Origin: Eledone cirrhosa
Lineage: Eukaryota
NCBI GenBank assembly: GCA_964016885.1
Contig: OZ024753.1
Span: 37,200,001 to 37,264,000, forward strand
Length of the DNA: 64,000 nt
Direction: 5' to 3'
In this document: piece by piece, positions 28,954-42,327 of the stretch
Numbering within the stretch: position 1 is the first letter of the stretch
Layout of the letters: every line of letters begins with the position of its first letter
Position numbers and translations under genes: made by a program
Notes under the pieces: model-generated
The model's input: the letters and a program-made list of their open reading frames with translations, nothing else
The model's database searches: none
Told to the model about the DNA's origin: nothing

Positions 28954-29032
<79 letters not shown>

Positions 29033-29036
<4 letters not shown>

Positions 29037-29257
29037 ATATTAATAAATGTGAAGACTAAAATTAAAAGAGGGCTTGATAAGGATAAATATATATCAAATA
29101 TATAAGAACCGTAGAGCAAATATTTATTAAAATAACAGATAAAAGTTTAAGTAAAGAATCGCTGCCTTCACCCTTAACGGGATCTTCTGAAACTCAGTTT
29201 CAGAAGATCCCATTAAGGGTGAAAGCAGCGATTCTTTGCTTAAACTTTTATCTGTTA

Positions 29258-29264
<7 letters not shown>
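29033..29264 (-). mobile_element. TA-embedded fold-back element; family also at ~5818, 10130, 22820, 32908, 36368 and 37220
   Basis: Arms ~29125-29193 and 29196-29264 with 3 mismatches. Shared motif gtgaaagcagcgattctttgcttaaac and terminus agtcttcacatttattattattac(TA)n. Confidence 0.75.
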
Positions 29265-29293
<29 letters not shown>

Positions 29294-29422
29294 AAAGTTA
29301 TAGCTGTATAAATACAGAGGAGGTAACTGAGACTACAGCAAGATGTATAAACATACACATATCTAATATGTAGGCATGTAAACATGTTAAAAATGTGGAT
29401 TTCCTTGTAAATTGAAGAAACG

Positions 29423-29454
<32 letters not shown>

Positions 29455-29459
29455 ATATA

Positions 29460-29517
<58 letters not shown>

Positions 29518-29612
29518 AGTGTATATCTGTTCGTGTATGTATGTAAAACGTAAACAGAAATAGTCTCAAACGGCACAGTGCAATGAAGAAAGAAATATAT
29601 TAGTTTAACACG

Positions 29613-29717
<105 letters not shown>

Positions 29718-30513
29718 AGAGAGAGAGGGGGGGGGGGGGAGATCTGTACGTAGGTTCCCATCAAACGCCTATCTTGAATAGAAGAGACAGGTCGTATCAG
29801 CATGAAGGATAAAGCTGTAATAAAAAGTCGACATTCCGATAACTGATGATGATAAGATCTATTATGTAACTGTCTCAAATGTGTGATATTACACATACTG
29901 CCCTACATTGACACACATGTAGATATTTACATACCGGGATGCGGCCAATATATATGTACGTATGTACAAATATATATATTCTCATGTTTTTTATATATAT
30001 TTACCTCGGCTGCGTTTGTCTGTTTCTCTCTTACTGCTTCCCCGTTCTCTCTGTTTCTCTCACCTTCTTTCGCCCCCTCTGTCATTTACACTTTCTCTCG
30101 ACTGACCTCTTCCTCGCACTTCCACTCACTCACTCTCTGTTTCTCCCCTTCTCACTTCCTCCTGTTTGGCTTCTAGTGGGTTCTCTTCTTGCTCACATCT
30201 CACTCACGTCGGACGGTCTGTATATCGGTCGCTCATGAAATCCACCCAGCTTATGCTGACCGCATAACCATGTTGCTTGTTTATTCCCATCCTTGCGTTG
30301 CTTTCATCCTTCTATGTTGTTTACTTGTCTCACTCGCTTTACGCGATTTACTTGTCCCAATAGCTTTTTTTAGTTATTGCTCGCACCAACCTGAGATATA
30401 TGATTTTTAATGCGACGAAATATCAATGATGGTTGGCAAATCACTGACGAAGGACTAATTTTATCATATGTAACCCATGTGCAACCACGCAGTATTCTTC
30501 TTTCTTCTCATGT

Positions 30514-30542
<29 letters not shown>

Positions 30543-30545
<3 letters not shown>

Positions 30546-30782
30546 ATAAGAAACGGAGAATCAGTGTTACGAGGAATAAGATTTATTAGACATATCACAA
30601 TCGTTTCTCTGGCGACCAGCTCGAGGCACGATCGATGTAATGATCGAACCTGACTCTGAAATCGCAAGGTCCTCAGATACGTCTCGATTCTTCGAAGCAG
30701 ATTTTCCAAAATACTCTGCACTGTAAAAGCATCGAGTGCTCAAACGGCCTACCGCATACGGACGCTTTAAGCATCCCACACC

Positions 30783-30787
<5 letters not shown>
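30543..30787 (-). mobile_element. TA-flanked ~245-bp element with HHR fold (30588-30684; cleavage triplet mutated to GUG)
   Basis: Minus strand: agacgtat CTGAGGA...GAAAC gatt GTG atatgtct, then aataaa. 8-bp stem I. Confidence 0.72.
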
Positions 30788-30844
<57 letters not shown>

Positions 30845-31020
30845 AGGATACTAAATTATATTATGCCTTCTTCAGACAAAATACAATATTAGATGTATAA
30901 AATGTTATATGACATACTAAAAGAGACCGTATACGATTAATTCAAAACGAGTATTAGTATCCCTGAAATATATATAATGAAATAAATAATGAGAGTGTTA
31001 TATATTCCGTTTATTATTAA

Positions 31021-31152
31021 GTTACGTCCCTTTACGATCTGAGTTCAAATCCCGCCGAGGTTGACTTTGCCTTTCATCCTTACGGGGTCGATAAAATAAA
31101 GTACCAGTAATGCACTGGGTGATTGCTGGCCTTGTGCCTAAAGTAGAAACAA
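31021..31152 (+). mobile_element. 5'-truncated Meta-like SINE
   Basis: Near-identical to the 10376-10552 3' part. A similar minus-strand copy lies at 32727-32850. Confidence 0.9.
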
Positions 31153-31154
31153 TT

Positions 31155-31219
<65 letters not shown>

Positions 31220-31302
31220 ATGTGAGTATGCATGTATGCATGTATGCATGTATGTATGTATGTATGTATGTATGTATGTATGTATGTATGTATGTATGTA
31301 TG

Positions 31303-31552
31303 AGGCAACTCAGGAAACTGGGATAACTCCGATATAAAACCTGCGGCTCATTAGTTACCCTTGATGTTGATCTTTTCTTCTTTTGGGGTTATGGCTACTA
31401 TCGCTCAGAGAGTGAGATTGGCTCAGTGCACAGTCTTTTCTCACTTTAACAAAAATCTTGACGCACAGGCATTGCACGATAGCATTAAATGATAATTATT
31501 AATAATGTTATATCGTGCAATGGCTATACTCGATAACGAGGGGGCAGCCATC
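31303..31552 (+). mobile_element. Second copy of the RTE-related non-autonomous element, in (TATG)n
   Basis: High similarity to 20521-20760. Confidence 0.8.
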
Positions 31553-31729
31553 ATATCTTATGTATATATACACATGCACGCACAAAGATCATGGCCATAC
31601 TTACATCCTCCTAGTGAAACATATGTATTCAGAAAATATTTTGTTGGTTGATGTAATAAAATATTTTATATAACATAACTCGTGCTCTACCTACATGGAT
31701 ATGTATTACTATATCTTATATTCCTCTCT

Positions 31730-31799
<70 letters not shown>

Positions 31800-31817
31800 C
31801 TCATATATATATATATA

Positions 31818-31854
<37 letters not shown>

Positions 31855-32020
31855 ATATGTGTGTGTGTATGTGAGTCACGGGTTCAATGATTCAACCAAC
31901 CAATTCACGTATACATTATATATATAAATAAACAGTCACTGTCTTATTTGTTATTCTATTTTCTCTGTTTGAGCGCCATGTTGATTTGTTTGTGATTGCA
32001 AATGTTAACCAACCGATATA

Positions 32021-32094
<74 letters not shown>

Positions 32095-32300
32095 CCTGTC
32101 TATCGGTCAATTCAATGTCTTTCTCTCTTTTCTTATGTCTCTTCATTCCACCTCTCTCTCCCTCTATCTTTCACTCCATTGCCTCTTTCTCTATCTCTCC
32201 CCACCCCCACCCGATTTATTTTCTTCCGCGCTCTCGTAATTTTGCTTTCTGGGTCTTTACATTAGCGTGTCAAAATAAATATGGATAATCATAGATAGCT

Positions 32301-32381
<81 letters not shown>

Positions 32382-33707
32382 TCAAATGAGAAAGAGAGAT
32401 AACGAGAGAGCGGTAGTGAGAGAGAGAGAGAGAGAGAGAACAGGCGAGAAAACGAGGGAATGAGGGAAGGGGCAATTTGAGAGCAAAATAAGGCAAAAGA
32501 ATTTGATTGTGTGATGATGGTGGGTGTAAGAAACGGAGACAGACAGATGCTTACAGTTTTAATGACATAAAGCAGCAGGAGAACGAGTGTCTAGAATATA
32601 TAACAATGTAGTACAATATAGAATGGGTAAGAATGTAGGCCAATATAATTTGTTACGCTCGGCCAACTTTCATTTTAGAGACCTTTGGAGGAGAGAAATA
32701 GCTATCCACTTTGTGATTATTCTAATAATTGTTTCTACTTTAGGCACAAGGCCAGCAATTACCCAGTGCATTACTGGTACTATATTTTATCGACCCCGTA
32801 AGGATGAAAGGCAAAGTCAACCTCGGCGGGATTTGAACTCAGATCGTAAAGTGATTATTCTAATAATATACTATATATATGGATATGTATGTATATATAT
32901 ATATATATTGAAATAACAGATTAAAGTTTAAGCAAAGAATCGCTGCTTTCACCCTTAACGGGATCTTCTGAAACCCTGAGTACCATGTGACGACAAGTGC
33001 AGAGAGATCTCCAGATATAAAGCAATGCCTGTGCCGTAAAGCTTTTATAGTGAGCAAAGGCACTGCACAAAGCCAGTCCCACTCTCTTAACCATACATAC
33101 ATACATACATACATACATACATACATACATACATACATACATACATTTGTACATATGCACGTATCCACCAACAATGGAAGGTTTCTTTTCAAAGGTTTTC
33201 TGTACGTAGCATTTCTGAATCCATAATGTATTGAAACTTCTACAGCCCTTATCTTCAACATAAAAATGGTTGTATCAGTGATGTATTTATTATTCATATG
33301 CTTTGTGGTGTCTGTAGAGGTTGGGGGTAGTAGTGAGAGTGATAGTACCATCATGGGTGACGGAATTTAAATTTATTTAAAGTTTGAAACCTCGAGTTTC
33401 ATAATTAATTTTACATATGCCGTAACTCTATCTAAATATATAAACATATATGTATATATATATGTATATATATATGTATATGTATATGTGTGTGTATATA
33501 TATATATATGTGTGTGTGTGTATATATATATATATGTGTGTGTGTGTATATATATATATATATGTGTATATATATATATATATACAGTATATATATATAT
33601 ATATGTATGTATATATATATATATGTATATGTATATATATGTGTATATATGTGTGTGTATATATATATATGTATATATATGTGTGTATATATATATATAT
33701 ACAGTAA

Positions 33708-33763
<56 letters not shown>

Positions 33764-33775
33764 GTATTTATATGA

Positions 33776-33835
<60 letters not shown>

Positions 33836-33866
33836 TCATATATATATATATATATATACACACACA

Positions 33867-33913
<47 letters not shown>

Positions 33914-33915
33914 TC

Positions 33916-33947
<32 letters not shown>

Positions 33948-34507
33948 TCATATATATATATATATATATACACACTCATATATATATATATATATATATA
34001 CACACTCATATATACATATATATACATATATATGCATGCATATATATATATCTCTTTCTTTCTGTACCAACACTCCCTCCTCGGATAATTCACGGGTAAA
34101 TGATAATCATAGATGCTGAAGAGATAAGGGACTTTCAGAAGGAGATGGTGGTCGCGAGTGTAGTCTATATGGTGTAACTAAATGGCTGTTTCACTACATG
34201 GTGGACCTTCATACCAAGAAACTGGGTTATGATATAATATTACAGGCAGTGCAAACATATATACATACGAACATTCGTATACTCCCTTCCACAAACGCAC
34301 ATACAAACATACTCGTACACCCCTCTACACAAGCATGCAGTGAAAACACATACACACACGTACATCCCCCTACACATGCATGCAGTGAAATACAAACCAC
34401 TTTCAAATTCATAACCCTTTACTAGATATCATTGCTTGTTGTGAGGACAAAAAACACACACGATATAATCGGATTAAATTTAAAGAGCATACATACGCGC
34501 GTGTGTT

Positions 34508-35070
34508 CACGCATGGACAAAATAATGGAAACACCAAGCATCATCATTTTGAAATATCTATAAAACCATCAAAAGCTTGTTTATTTTTATTGTTCTCGAG
34601 GTGGTCATTAAGCTCTGCAGTAATTTTGGGAGCTGTACTTTTGTGATCCTTTCTAACAATTCGCGTAAGAGTCCGGCGGTCCCTATCTGAAAGTTTTGGT
34701 TTTTTTCCGGAGTTTTGTTTCGACGAGGAGGTTTTCCCCTCTTTCTCAAAGGCTGTCATTACTTTCGAGACAATACTTCTTGATATACCAAACATTTCGG
34801 CTGTTTTCGTTATGCTAGCGCCCGCCATACGAGCACCAACAATTTGACCTCTTTGAAAGTCCGATAGATCTGTCATTTTAATGAATTTTAATTACCTTTT
34901 TCTGATGATATCTGAAAATAAACAGCAATTTTAACTAAACATATTAAGCAACACTAATAATAAATTTTAAAAAACCCCATAAAAATAAACAAGCTTTTGA
35001 CGGTTTTATAGATATATCAAAATTATGATGCTATGATGCTAGGTGTTTCCATTATTTTGTCCAACCCCTG
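34508..35070 (-). mobile_element. Internally deleted Tc1-family DNA transposon
   Basis: ~80-bp TIRs (tggacaaaataatggaaacacc...aaaagcttgtttattttta and its reverse complement). Right end ...acccctg|TA. Confidence 0.92.
34592..34876 (-). pseudogene. Tc1 transposase N-terminal paired-like HTH fragment; DDE domain deleted
   Basis: MTDLSDFQRGQIVGARMAGASITKTAEMFGISRSIVSKVM...SGKKPKLSDRDRRTL.RIV...TAPKITAELN. Confidence 0.9.
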
Positions 35071-35154
35071 TACATACATACATATATATATGTGTGTATG
35101 TGTGTATATGTGTATGTATGTATGTGTATGTGTGTGTATGCATATATATATACA

Positions 35155-35416
35155 TATAAACTTATATCAAAGGTATATATTGAGTTAGACACTCAAAATA
35201 GTCTCTTACGATTAAATAGCTCAAAGAAAGAGATTTTTCTGAGCCGTGTAATATAATTGAATATAAAAGAAATATAAACACAGATATAAACATATATGTG
35301 TTCAAATCGTAAATAGTTAGTATTTTTTTCACCCTAGCGAATCTGGTCCCTTACGATTTGAACACATATATATTTATATCTGTGTTTATATTTCTTTTAT
35401 ATTCAATTATATTACA
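35155..35416. mobile_element. TA-adjacent asymmetric fold-back element
   Basis: Arms ~35247-35311 and 35351-35416 (tgtaatataattgaat...ttcaaatcgtaa). No HHR recognised. Confidence 0.6.
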
Positions 35417-35430
35417 TATAAAATTATGCA

Positions 35431-35463
<33 letters not shown>

Positions 35464-35465
<2 letters not shown>

Positions 35466-35697
35466 TGAAGTAAAAGTTAAGTGGAAATGTCCAAGAGTAA
35501 GAGCACTCAGTCCATAGGACGAGTTTAGTATTAATAATTACAACAGTGACATAAACAGGTACTCATGTTTCGTTGGGTTCTGAGCCCCAATTTCTTCAGC
35601 CTGTTATAAAGAACGTTCTTAATTTTTATTATGACAGGCTGAAGAAATTGGGGCCCAGAACCCGACGAAACTTGAGTTACTCTTTAAATCACTGTTG

Positions 35698-35703
<6 letters not shown>
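35464..35703 (-). mobile_element. TA-embedded fold-back element with HHR
   Basis: Imperfect arms ~35535-35607 and 35630-35702; (TA)n on both sides. Confidence 0.72.
35554..35605 (-). ncRNA. Minimal type I hammerhead ribozyme
   Basis: aacagg CTGAAGA aa ttggg gctcagaa cccaa c GAAAC atga GTA cctgtt. 6-bp stem I, 5-bp stem II. Confidence 0.8.
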
Positions 35704-35737
<34 letters not shown>

Positions 35738-36325
35738 TTTTTTTAAATTTTTTTTTTAAATATAATTTCTACGCTTGAATATGCGTTTCAAGTTACTCAT
35801 CTCTCATCGGGAGTTTCATATTAGAAGTACCAGATGTTATATCATACTTATATAAAGTTCAGTAATGACATAAACACCTCTCAAATAAAAAAAAAACCCT
35901 TATTCCTAATTCAATAACCTTTATCCAAAAATATTTCATTTTACATTTGGGGTTCATGGCTAGGATTCAGAAAGCGGCGAACTGGTCGTGTCGTTAGAAC
36001 GTCAGATAGAATGCTTCGTGGTATTTGTTCCAGCTCTATATTATCTGATTCCAAGTCGGACAGGGATCAACTACGCTTTTTATTCTTTCAAGCTCAATAA
36101 AATAAATTCACCAGTTATGTACTGGAGTCAATTCTTCTTCTTTCTCTCTTTCTCACTAGTTCTCCTTTACTATGTATCTTTCTCTGGTGGGAAGTCGCCT
36201 GAAGAGGGATGGCCTTCGTCAGGGTTAAATGCTCAAGACTCACTGTTTATCACTACGGTGCCCCTAGGACTCTGTCAGGAGTCAAGAAACATATGTGTTA
36301 AGAGTGATAAAAACACTTTGCTATA

Positions 36326-36375
<50 letters not shown>

Positions 36376-37173
36376 TGACAGATTAAAGTTTAACCAAAGA
36401 ATCGCTGCTTTCACCCTTAACGGGATATTATTTGATATATATTTATCCTTATCGAGCCCTCTTTGGATTAGTCTTCACATTTATTATTATTACTATATAC
36501 TGTATATATATATATATATGCATGCATATTGTATATATATATATAAGGATTGTATATATATATATACAATCCTTATCGAACCCTCTTCGGATTTTGGTCT
36601 TTGTAATTATATATATATATATATATATATATAGAACTTCTTTATATATATATTATTTGTGCTTGCACATGTGTGTTTATATTTGTTTGTTTGTGTGTTT
36701 ATATGTGTGTGTGTGTGTGTGCATATGTGAGGGTTTGTGTGCATATGTGTGTATATGTACGTGAATATAAATATGTGTTAAGACCACACAACTGAAATGT
36801 TATCCATTCATAAATGCTAAATATGTCGTTTTCTATTGTTTCTTCTTAAGTTTCAATACAACTCACCGTTCAATAATCACACAGCAAAACTAATTCTTGT
36901 TTAGTCTTCCTGTCATCATTCTTTTACTCCTTTCTGACAACACCCTGTTATATACTTCTGTCTGTTTTGGGGGAATTTCAAGGGGTTTTTTACATGCTAC
37001 ATGCACCAGTGAAGATAATTGGAGTCTCTTGATCTTTTTTTTTCTGTTTGAGGTTAGTGGGGTAGAAAGATATTAGAACATATTAGTTCAAGTGACTTAA
37101 ACCTTATTTCTTGCTGAAGTACAAAATGTATGAGATAACAGTTTAAACACATACTATAAGCAAACATATATAT

Positions 37174-37225
<52 letters not shown>

Positions 37226-37395
37226 TAAAATAACAGATTAAAGTTTAAGCAAAGAATCGCTGCTTTCACCCATATATATATATATATATATGTGTGTGAA
37301 TGAAGTAATTCCGTCGGAAAAGTCCGGGGAAAAAAAAGTGCTCTATGTAGGTAACAGAGCTTAATAGTTATGTAATAAACAACATAAGGAAATTA

Positions 37396-37455
37396 TTCCA
37401 TTTACCAGTGGTTTCTTAAAAGCAAAAGATTTTGCTTTCAATCCTCAGAATGAAA
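37396..37455 (-). ncRNA. Type I hammerhead ribozyme (mirror copy)
   Basis: Exact reverse complement of 37522-37581. Confidence 0.82.
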
Positions 37456-37521
37456 AAATCCTGGTCTGTTTATTGAATTTGGATTTTCTAAAATCCAAAT
37501 TCAATAAACAGACCAGGATTT

Positions 37522-37581
37522 TTTCATTCTGAGGATTGAAAGCAAAATCTTTTGCTTTTAAGAAACCACTGGTAAATGGAA
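37522..37581 (+). ncRNA. Type I hammerhead ribozyme
   Basis: tttcatt CTGAGGA ttgaaagcaaa atct tttgcttttaa GAAAC c act g GTA aatggaa. All three stems and the full core are intact. Confidence 0.85.
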
Positions 37582-37606
37582 TAATTGCCTTATGTTGTTT
37601 ATTACA

Positions 37607-37664
<58 letters not shown>

Positions 37665-38659
37665 TGTATGTATGTATATGTATATATATGGGTGGAGTCT
37701 AAACATATTGTGCAAATGTATGTTTGTATATACACACACATATACTCGTATATATATATATATTCATTTTATAAAGGCTAATTAGTGAGTCGTGTTACTC
37801 TGGAGTTTCACCTGCTTCTCACAGGGTCATCAGACACAAGAACTCACCCTTCTTCTTTCTCTTTCTCTCTCACTATATATATATATATATATGTTGAAGA
37901 TTTTTTTTAAAAATTGTGTATCATAAACGTAAGTTATATATTTACAATTACGGCAACGGCATAAAATGAAAAAAAATAGGACAGTACTGCCTATAGGAAT
38001 CTCACCGAGTATTTGATGTGTACGAGACAAATGCAAATATCCTTACGCTAAGCCAACTGACAAATTCTAGCCATCAAATTACCACATGTATTGGATCCAA
38101 TTTCTCTTTGCTGTAAAGAATACTTGGCCCGTCTTGCTGCATGTCGTCTACACAGAGAAAATGAGAGATGTTTCTAGATGCAGTGTATCCTTTTCTATAA
38201 ACAATATGCTTTATGAGCAGATATGATAAGTGGTTTAACGAGATAACAAAGGAAAATACTGACAAGCTATCGCCCTGTCGCATATCTTTTTAGTAACGTA
38301 TTATGTCAGATTTGATTTATGCGTGATCACCTCTGAGAAGTAAAATGATGTACAAAATGTTGGTTACATGCAGAATAGCAGCTACTAGTAGTTGCGGAAG
38401 TAATTGTAGTTCTTATGTAATCCATCCTTGTGGTATACTATCAAAAGCTTTCTTGAAGTTCAGCCCCACTTGCTAAAACAACTGGCAACTTCTACCCATC
38501 AAATTACCCACTTGTACATGCTCTATCAAAAGCTTTCTTGAAGTTCAGCCCCACTTGCTAAAGCAACTGACAACTTCTAACCATCAAATTACCCTCATAT
38601 AGATGATCTTTGTTGAAGTCAATACTTGGCCGGTACTGCTCTCTGTCGTAAGACACAGA

Positions 38660-38930
38660 AAACGTCTGTCGGTCTCGAGCATAGAGGTTCATCAGGCCGG
38701 TGTTTATCCCAGTTTCCCTGGCGTTAAGTGACTGAGAGTACACGAATCTCCCCTGGACAGGACGCCAGTCCATCGCAAGGTTAAACCCCCAGCTATTGCT
38801 TATACTCATTTTCAGCTGAGTATATGTGGAAGTGCGTGGCCTAGTGGTAAGGATGTTAAACTTATGATCTTAATGTCGTGGGTCCGATTCCTGGATTGTG
38901 TTGTGTTCTTCATTTCAAGTTGTTCCAGTA
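38660..38930. mobile_element. Two SINE pieces (minus, V-domain-like gcgatggactggcgtcctgtccaggg; plus, tRNA head)
   Basis: Motif similarity to V-type SINE cores; tggcctagtggtaagg A box. Confidence 0.6.
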
Positions 38931-39125
38931 TACTAAGAAAACGTGAGTTGAGCCAAATTCTTGCGATATCTTATTGATTTCGTTTTTCTTTTATTATTGT
39001 ATTGATCAAAAGCTATCGTATATAATGCGATAGTTCTTTCTTTAATCAACTTGCTCGGGTGTTATGATATTCTTGTTGGCACAATGATTTTGTAAAAACA
39101 GAGATTGAAGTAGGCTGTGTATACA

Positions 39126-39224
39126 CAGGGTGTCCCAAAAAATGTATACAAGCATTGATTACCTGTACAGGCAATATTTATTAGAATGCTGTTGAAGTGT
39201 GTATATATTTTTTTGGACACCCTG
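39126..39224. mobile_element. Tc1/mariner-type MITE
   Basis: TIRs cagggtgtcccaaaaaatgtatac / gtatatatttttttggacaccctg, with TA on the right. Confidence 0.8.
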
Positions 39225-40143
39225 TATATTAAACAGGATGTTCTGGCAATTTATTTTGAGATAATTTTTAGTTTGGATGGTTTGGGTAATTTTTTTTTTT
39301 TTTTTTGGAACGAGAAGAGTAATGGAAGTTGAACACATCTACCTCACCCATGATTCTCTTTCACCGTGTTATCAAATCTGTGATAGAAAGTGAGATTGTT
39401 GAACCAATATCTTGTTATCAGATCTGAGTCTGGGGATTTTCTGCTTGTCATTTGCTTTAGGACTGTTTCCAGTACCATGTCATTAAATTCATATTGCATT
39501 TGTTCAACATATTTGCAGTAGTCCTGCTCTAGTTCTTCTATTCCATATATAACTAGCTTGTTAAACTCATCATTTCTTCTCCATGTAGAGTTCCAGTAGC
39601 TTTCAACTTATTCTTCTGCTGGGGTGTCTTTTACAAAGATTGAGTTGTTTATGTTTGAACTACGACAGTCTAATTTAGGAAGACTGTTAAACAATCTATT
39701 CTGCATTTGACGTTAATAATATGTAAATTTATATTTTAGTTTTTCTGCTGTGATTGTAAGATCAAGTTTCAGCTGATGAACTTTAGACTTTAGAGTTAAA
39801 TCCCGCGTCTCTAAACTGTTCTTATGATTTCTGTTTTATATATCTCTCTGATGCTTTCTCAATACATTGTCTGTGTTACATTACGTAACTAAGAGAGTCT
39901 GTGAAATGTTTTCTTCGTGGAAATAAACGTTCATTTTTAAAGTTACTGCCACACCCTGGCCCAGAATCTTTGCTTGTAGCTTCATTGTCTAGATTTAGTT
40001 TCTTGAAATAGGTAAGCTACGTGATTGCTGTCACGTACATCATATGCATCGACATTTTTTATTTCATCATCACAATCGTAATGTGCACATTCAAAAATAT
40101 ATCGTGTTTATCATGCTACGTTCGATTACAAAGTGACAAGTTC

Positions 40144-40176
<33 letters not shown>

Positions 40177-40325
40177 GGGAAGTAAGGATTCTATACAAAA
40201 CAGTGGATATAGAGAAAAGGTGAAGTTGGAAATAGCACGGAAAATATATTTAAGGGTCTGTTTTTCTTTTTTGATTCGTCAAAGCAACGTTATTGAAAAG
40301 ATAACATTATTTTAAAAAATGAGAT

Positions 40326-40498
40326 GGCGGTGGATTGGCAGTATCGGTAGATGCTTTGACGCATAGAGTTACGGCCCTTTATGGTCTGATTTCAAATCCC
40401 GCCGAGGTTAACTTTGCCTTTCATCCTTATGGGGTCGATAAAATAAAGTACCAGTAATACACTGGGTATTTGCTGGCCTTGTGCCAAAAGTAGAAACA
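40326..40498 (+). mobile_element. Meta-like SINE with ~19-bp TSD
   Basis: attattttaaaaaatgaga (40306-40324) / attatttaaaaaaatgaga (40499-40517). Confidence 0.92.
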
Positions 40499-40977
40499 AT
40501 TATTTAAAAAAATGAGAGGGACAATTTTTATTTTTATTTTTTTATAATGTATATAAAGTATATGAAGAATTACCGGTTTCGATGTATTATTAAAATCCAT
40601 CGTATCAAAGGTTGAGTGTAAAAATTAAAAAGAATTAATAGGAGTTAAAAACGAAGGGTTTAAAATTAAAATCAAATGTTTGAAATAAATTTTCTTCCAT
40701 TCTTCTTGGTGAAACATTGGGTGGAAAAAGAAGATTACTTGTTTTTCTTCACAGAAGGAAGTTGTGTTTTGAAAAAAGATCCTGTGAGTGTATTGTGTTA
40801 ATTGAGTGGTCAATAGTTCAGGGGATAAGGGATTGTTAGAGGTGAATTCTGTAGAAGCAGCAGTAGGATTGTATGAGAAATTCTATTATTGGAATGTGGT
40901 CTCAGAGAGTGTGTGTGTATCCGAGAATTGAACTCACAACCTTTCGATTGCAAGCCCAATGCTCTAACCACTAAGCC

Positions 40978-41609
40978 ATGCGCCCTCAATGTATGTATGT
41001 ATGTATGTATGTATGTATGTATGTATGTATGTATGTATGTATGTATGTATGTATGTATGTATGTATGTATGTATGTATGTATGTATATTATGACACGTTG
41101 ATTCGACTTGGGTATTACGATAACGTTACACGCGTCTACGGAATATTCAACCACTTAAACATTAATTTCACAAAGTGGACGTCCAGTTACACGAATAACC
41201 AAGGCTCATCGCTGAAATCGACGGAGGATTTATCACCTTGTTACATGGACTCGACTCGGGAATTACGATAACGGTACACCCATCTATGGAATACTCAACC
41301 TCTTAGATTGTAAATTTCACGAAGTGGGGGATCAGTTGGTCGAAGAACTAAATGCTCATCGTCTAAACTGACGGAAGACCTATCAGCAGATTTTTTTTTT
41401 TTGTTGTTGCAACTGTTAATAATTGATCACATGTTAGGTTGTCTTTGGCTGAGGTATTAACATCTGTTTGGCAGCTGATTTCAACTGGGCTACAGGTCCT
41501 TTCGTCTTTCGTTCCAGATGACACTATCACTTTTGTTGTATGTATATACGTATATATATATGTATGTATGTATGTGTGTATGTATTTATGTATGTATGTA
41601 GGTGTGAGC

Positions 41610-41653
<44 letters not shown>

Positions 41654-42327
41654 CACGCTCACACCTACATACATACATATATATATATATGTATGTATGT
41701 ATGTGTGTATGTATTTATGTATGTATGTAGGTGTGAGCGTGTATATATATATATACACGCTCACACCTACATACATACATAAATACATACACACATACAT
41801 ACATACATATATATATACGTATATACATACAACAAAAGTGATAGTGTCATCTGGAACGAAAGACGAAAGGACCTGTAGCCCAGTTGAAATCAGCTGCCAA
41901 ACAGATGTTAATACCTCAGCCAAAGACAACCTAACATGTGATCAATTATTAACAGTTGCAACAAAAAAAAAATCTGCTGATAGGTCTTCCGTCAGTTTAG
42001 ACGATGAGCATTTAGTTCTTCGACCAACTGATCCCCCACTTCGTGAAATTTACAATCTAAGAGGTTGAGTATTCCATAGATGGGTGTACCGTTATCGTAA
42101 TTCCCGAGTCGAGTCCATGTAACAAGGTGATAAATCCTCCGTCGATTTCAGCGATGAGCCTTGGTTATTCGTGTAACTGGACGTCCACTTTGTGAAATTA
42201 ATGTTTAAGTGGTTGAATATTCCGTAGACGCGTGTAACGTTATCGTAATACCCAAGTCGAATCAACGTGTCATAATATACATACATACATACATACATAC
42301 ATACATACATACATACATACATTGAGG

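Larger units (their letters stand above)
37295..37612 (-). mobile_element. TA-embedded fold-back element with an HHR in each arm
   Basis: ~120-bp arms with 1 mismatch, centred at about 37488 (ggatttt ct aaaatcc). Confidence 0.8.
38140..39900 (-). pseudogene. Old, fragmented R4/Dong-like LINE (pre-RT and RT region), interrupted by SINEs and a MITE
   Basis: Minus-strand motifs QNRLFN, VESYWNSTW, RKSPDSDLITRYWFNNL (39370-39710); LNFKKAFDSIPQGWI (~38420-38465); QGDSLS and HFLCVDD (38140-38283). Multiple stops and frameshifts. Confidence 0.78.

Noticed and set aside
40625-40900. Penelope GIY-YIG C-terminus upstream of a decayed HHR
   Set aside because: The position is suggestive but no diagnostic residues are recognisable.
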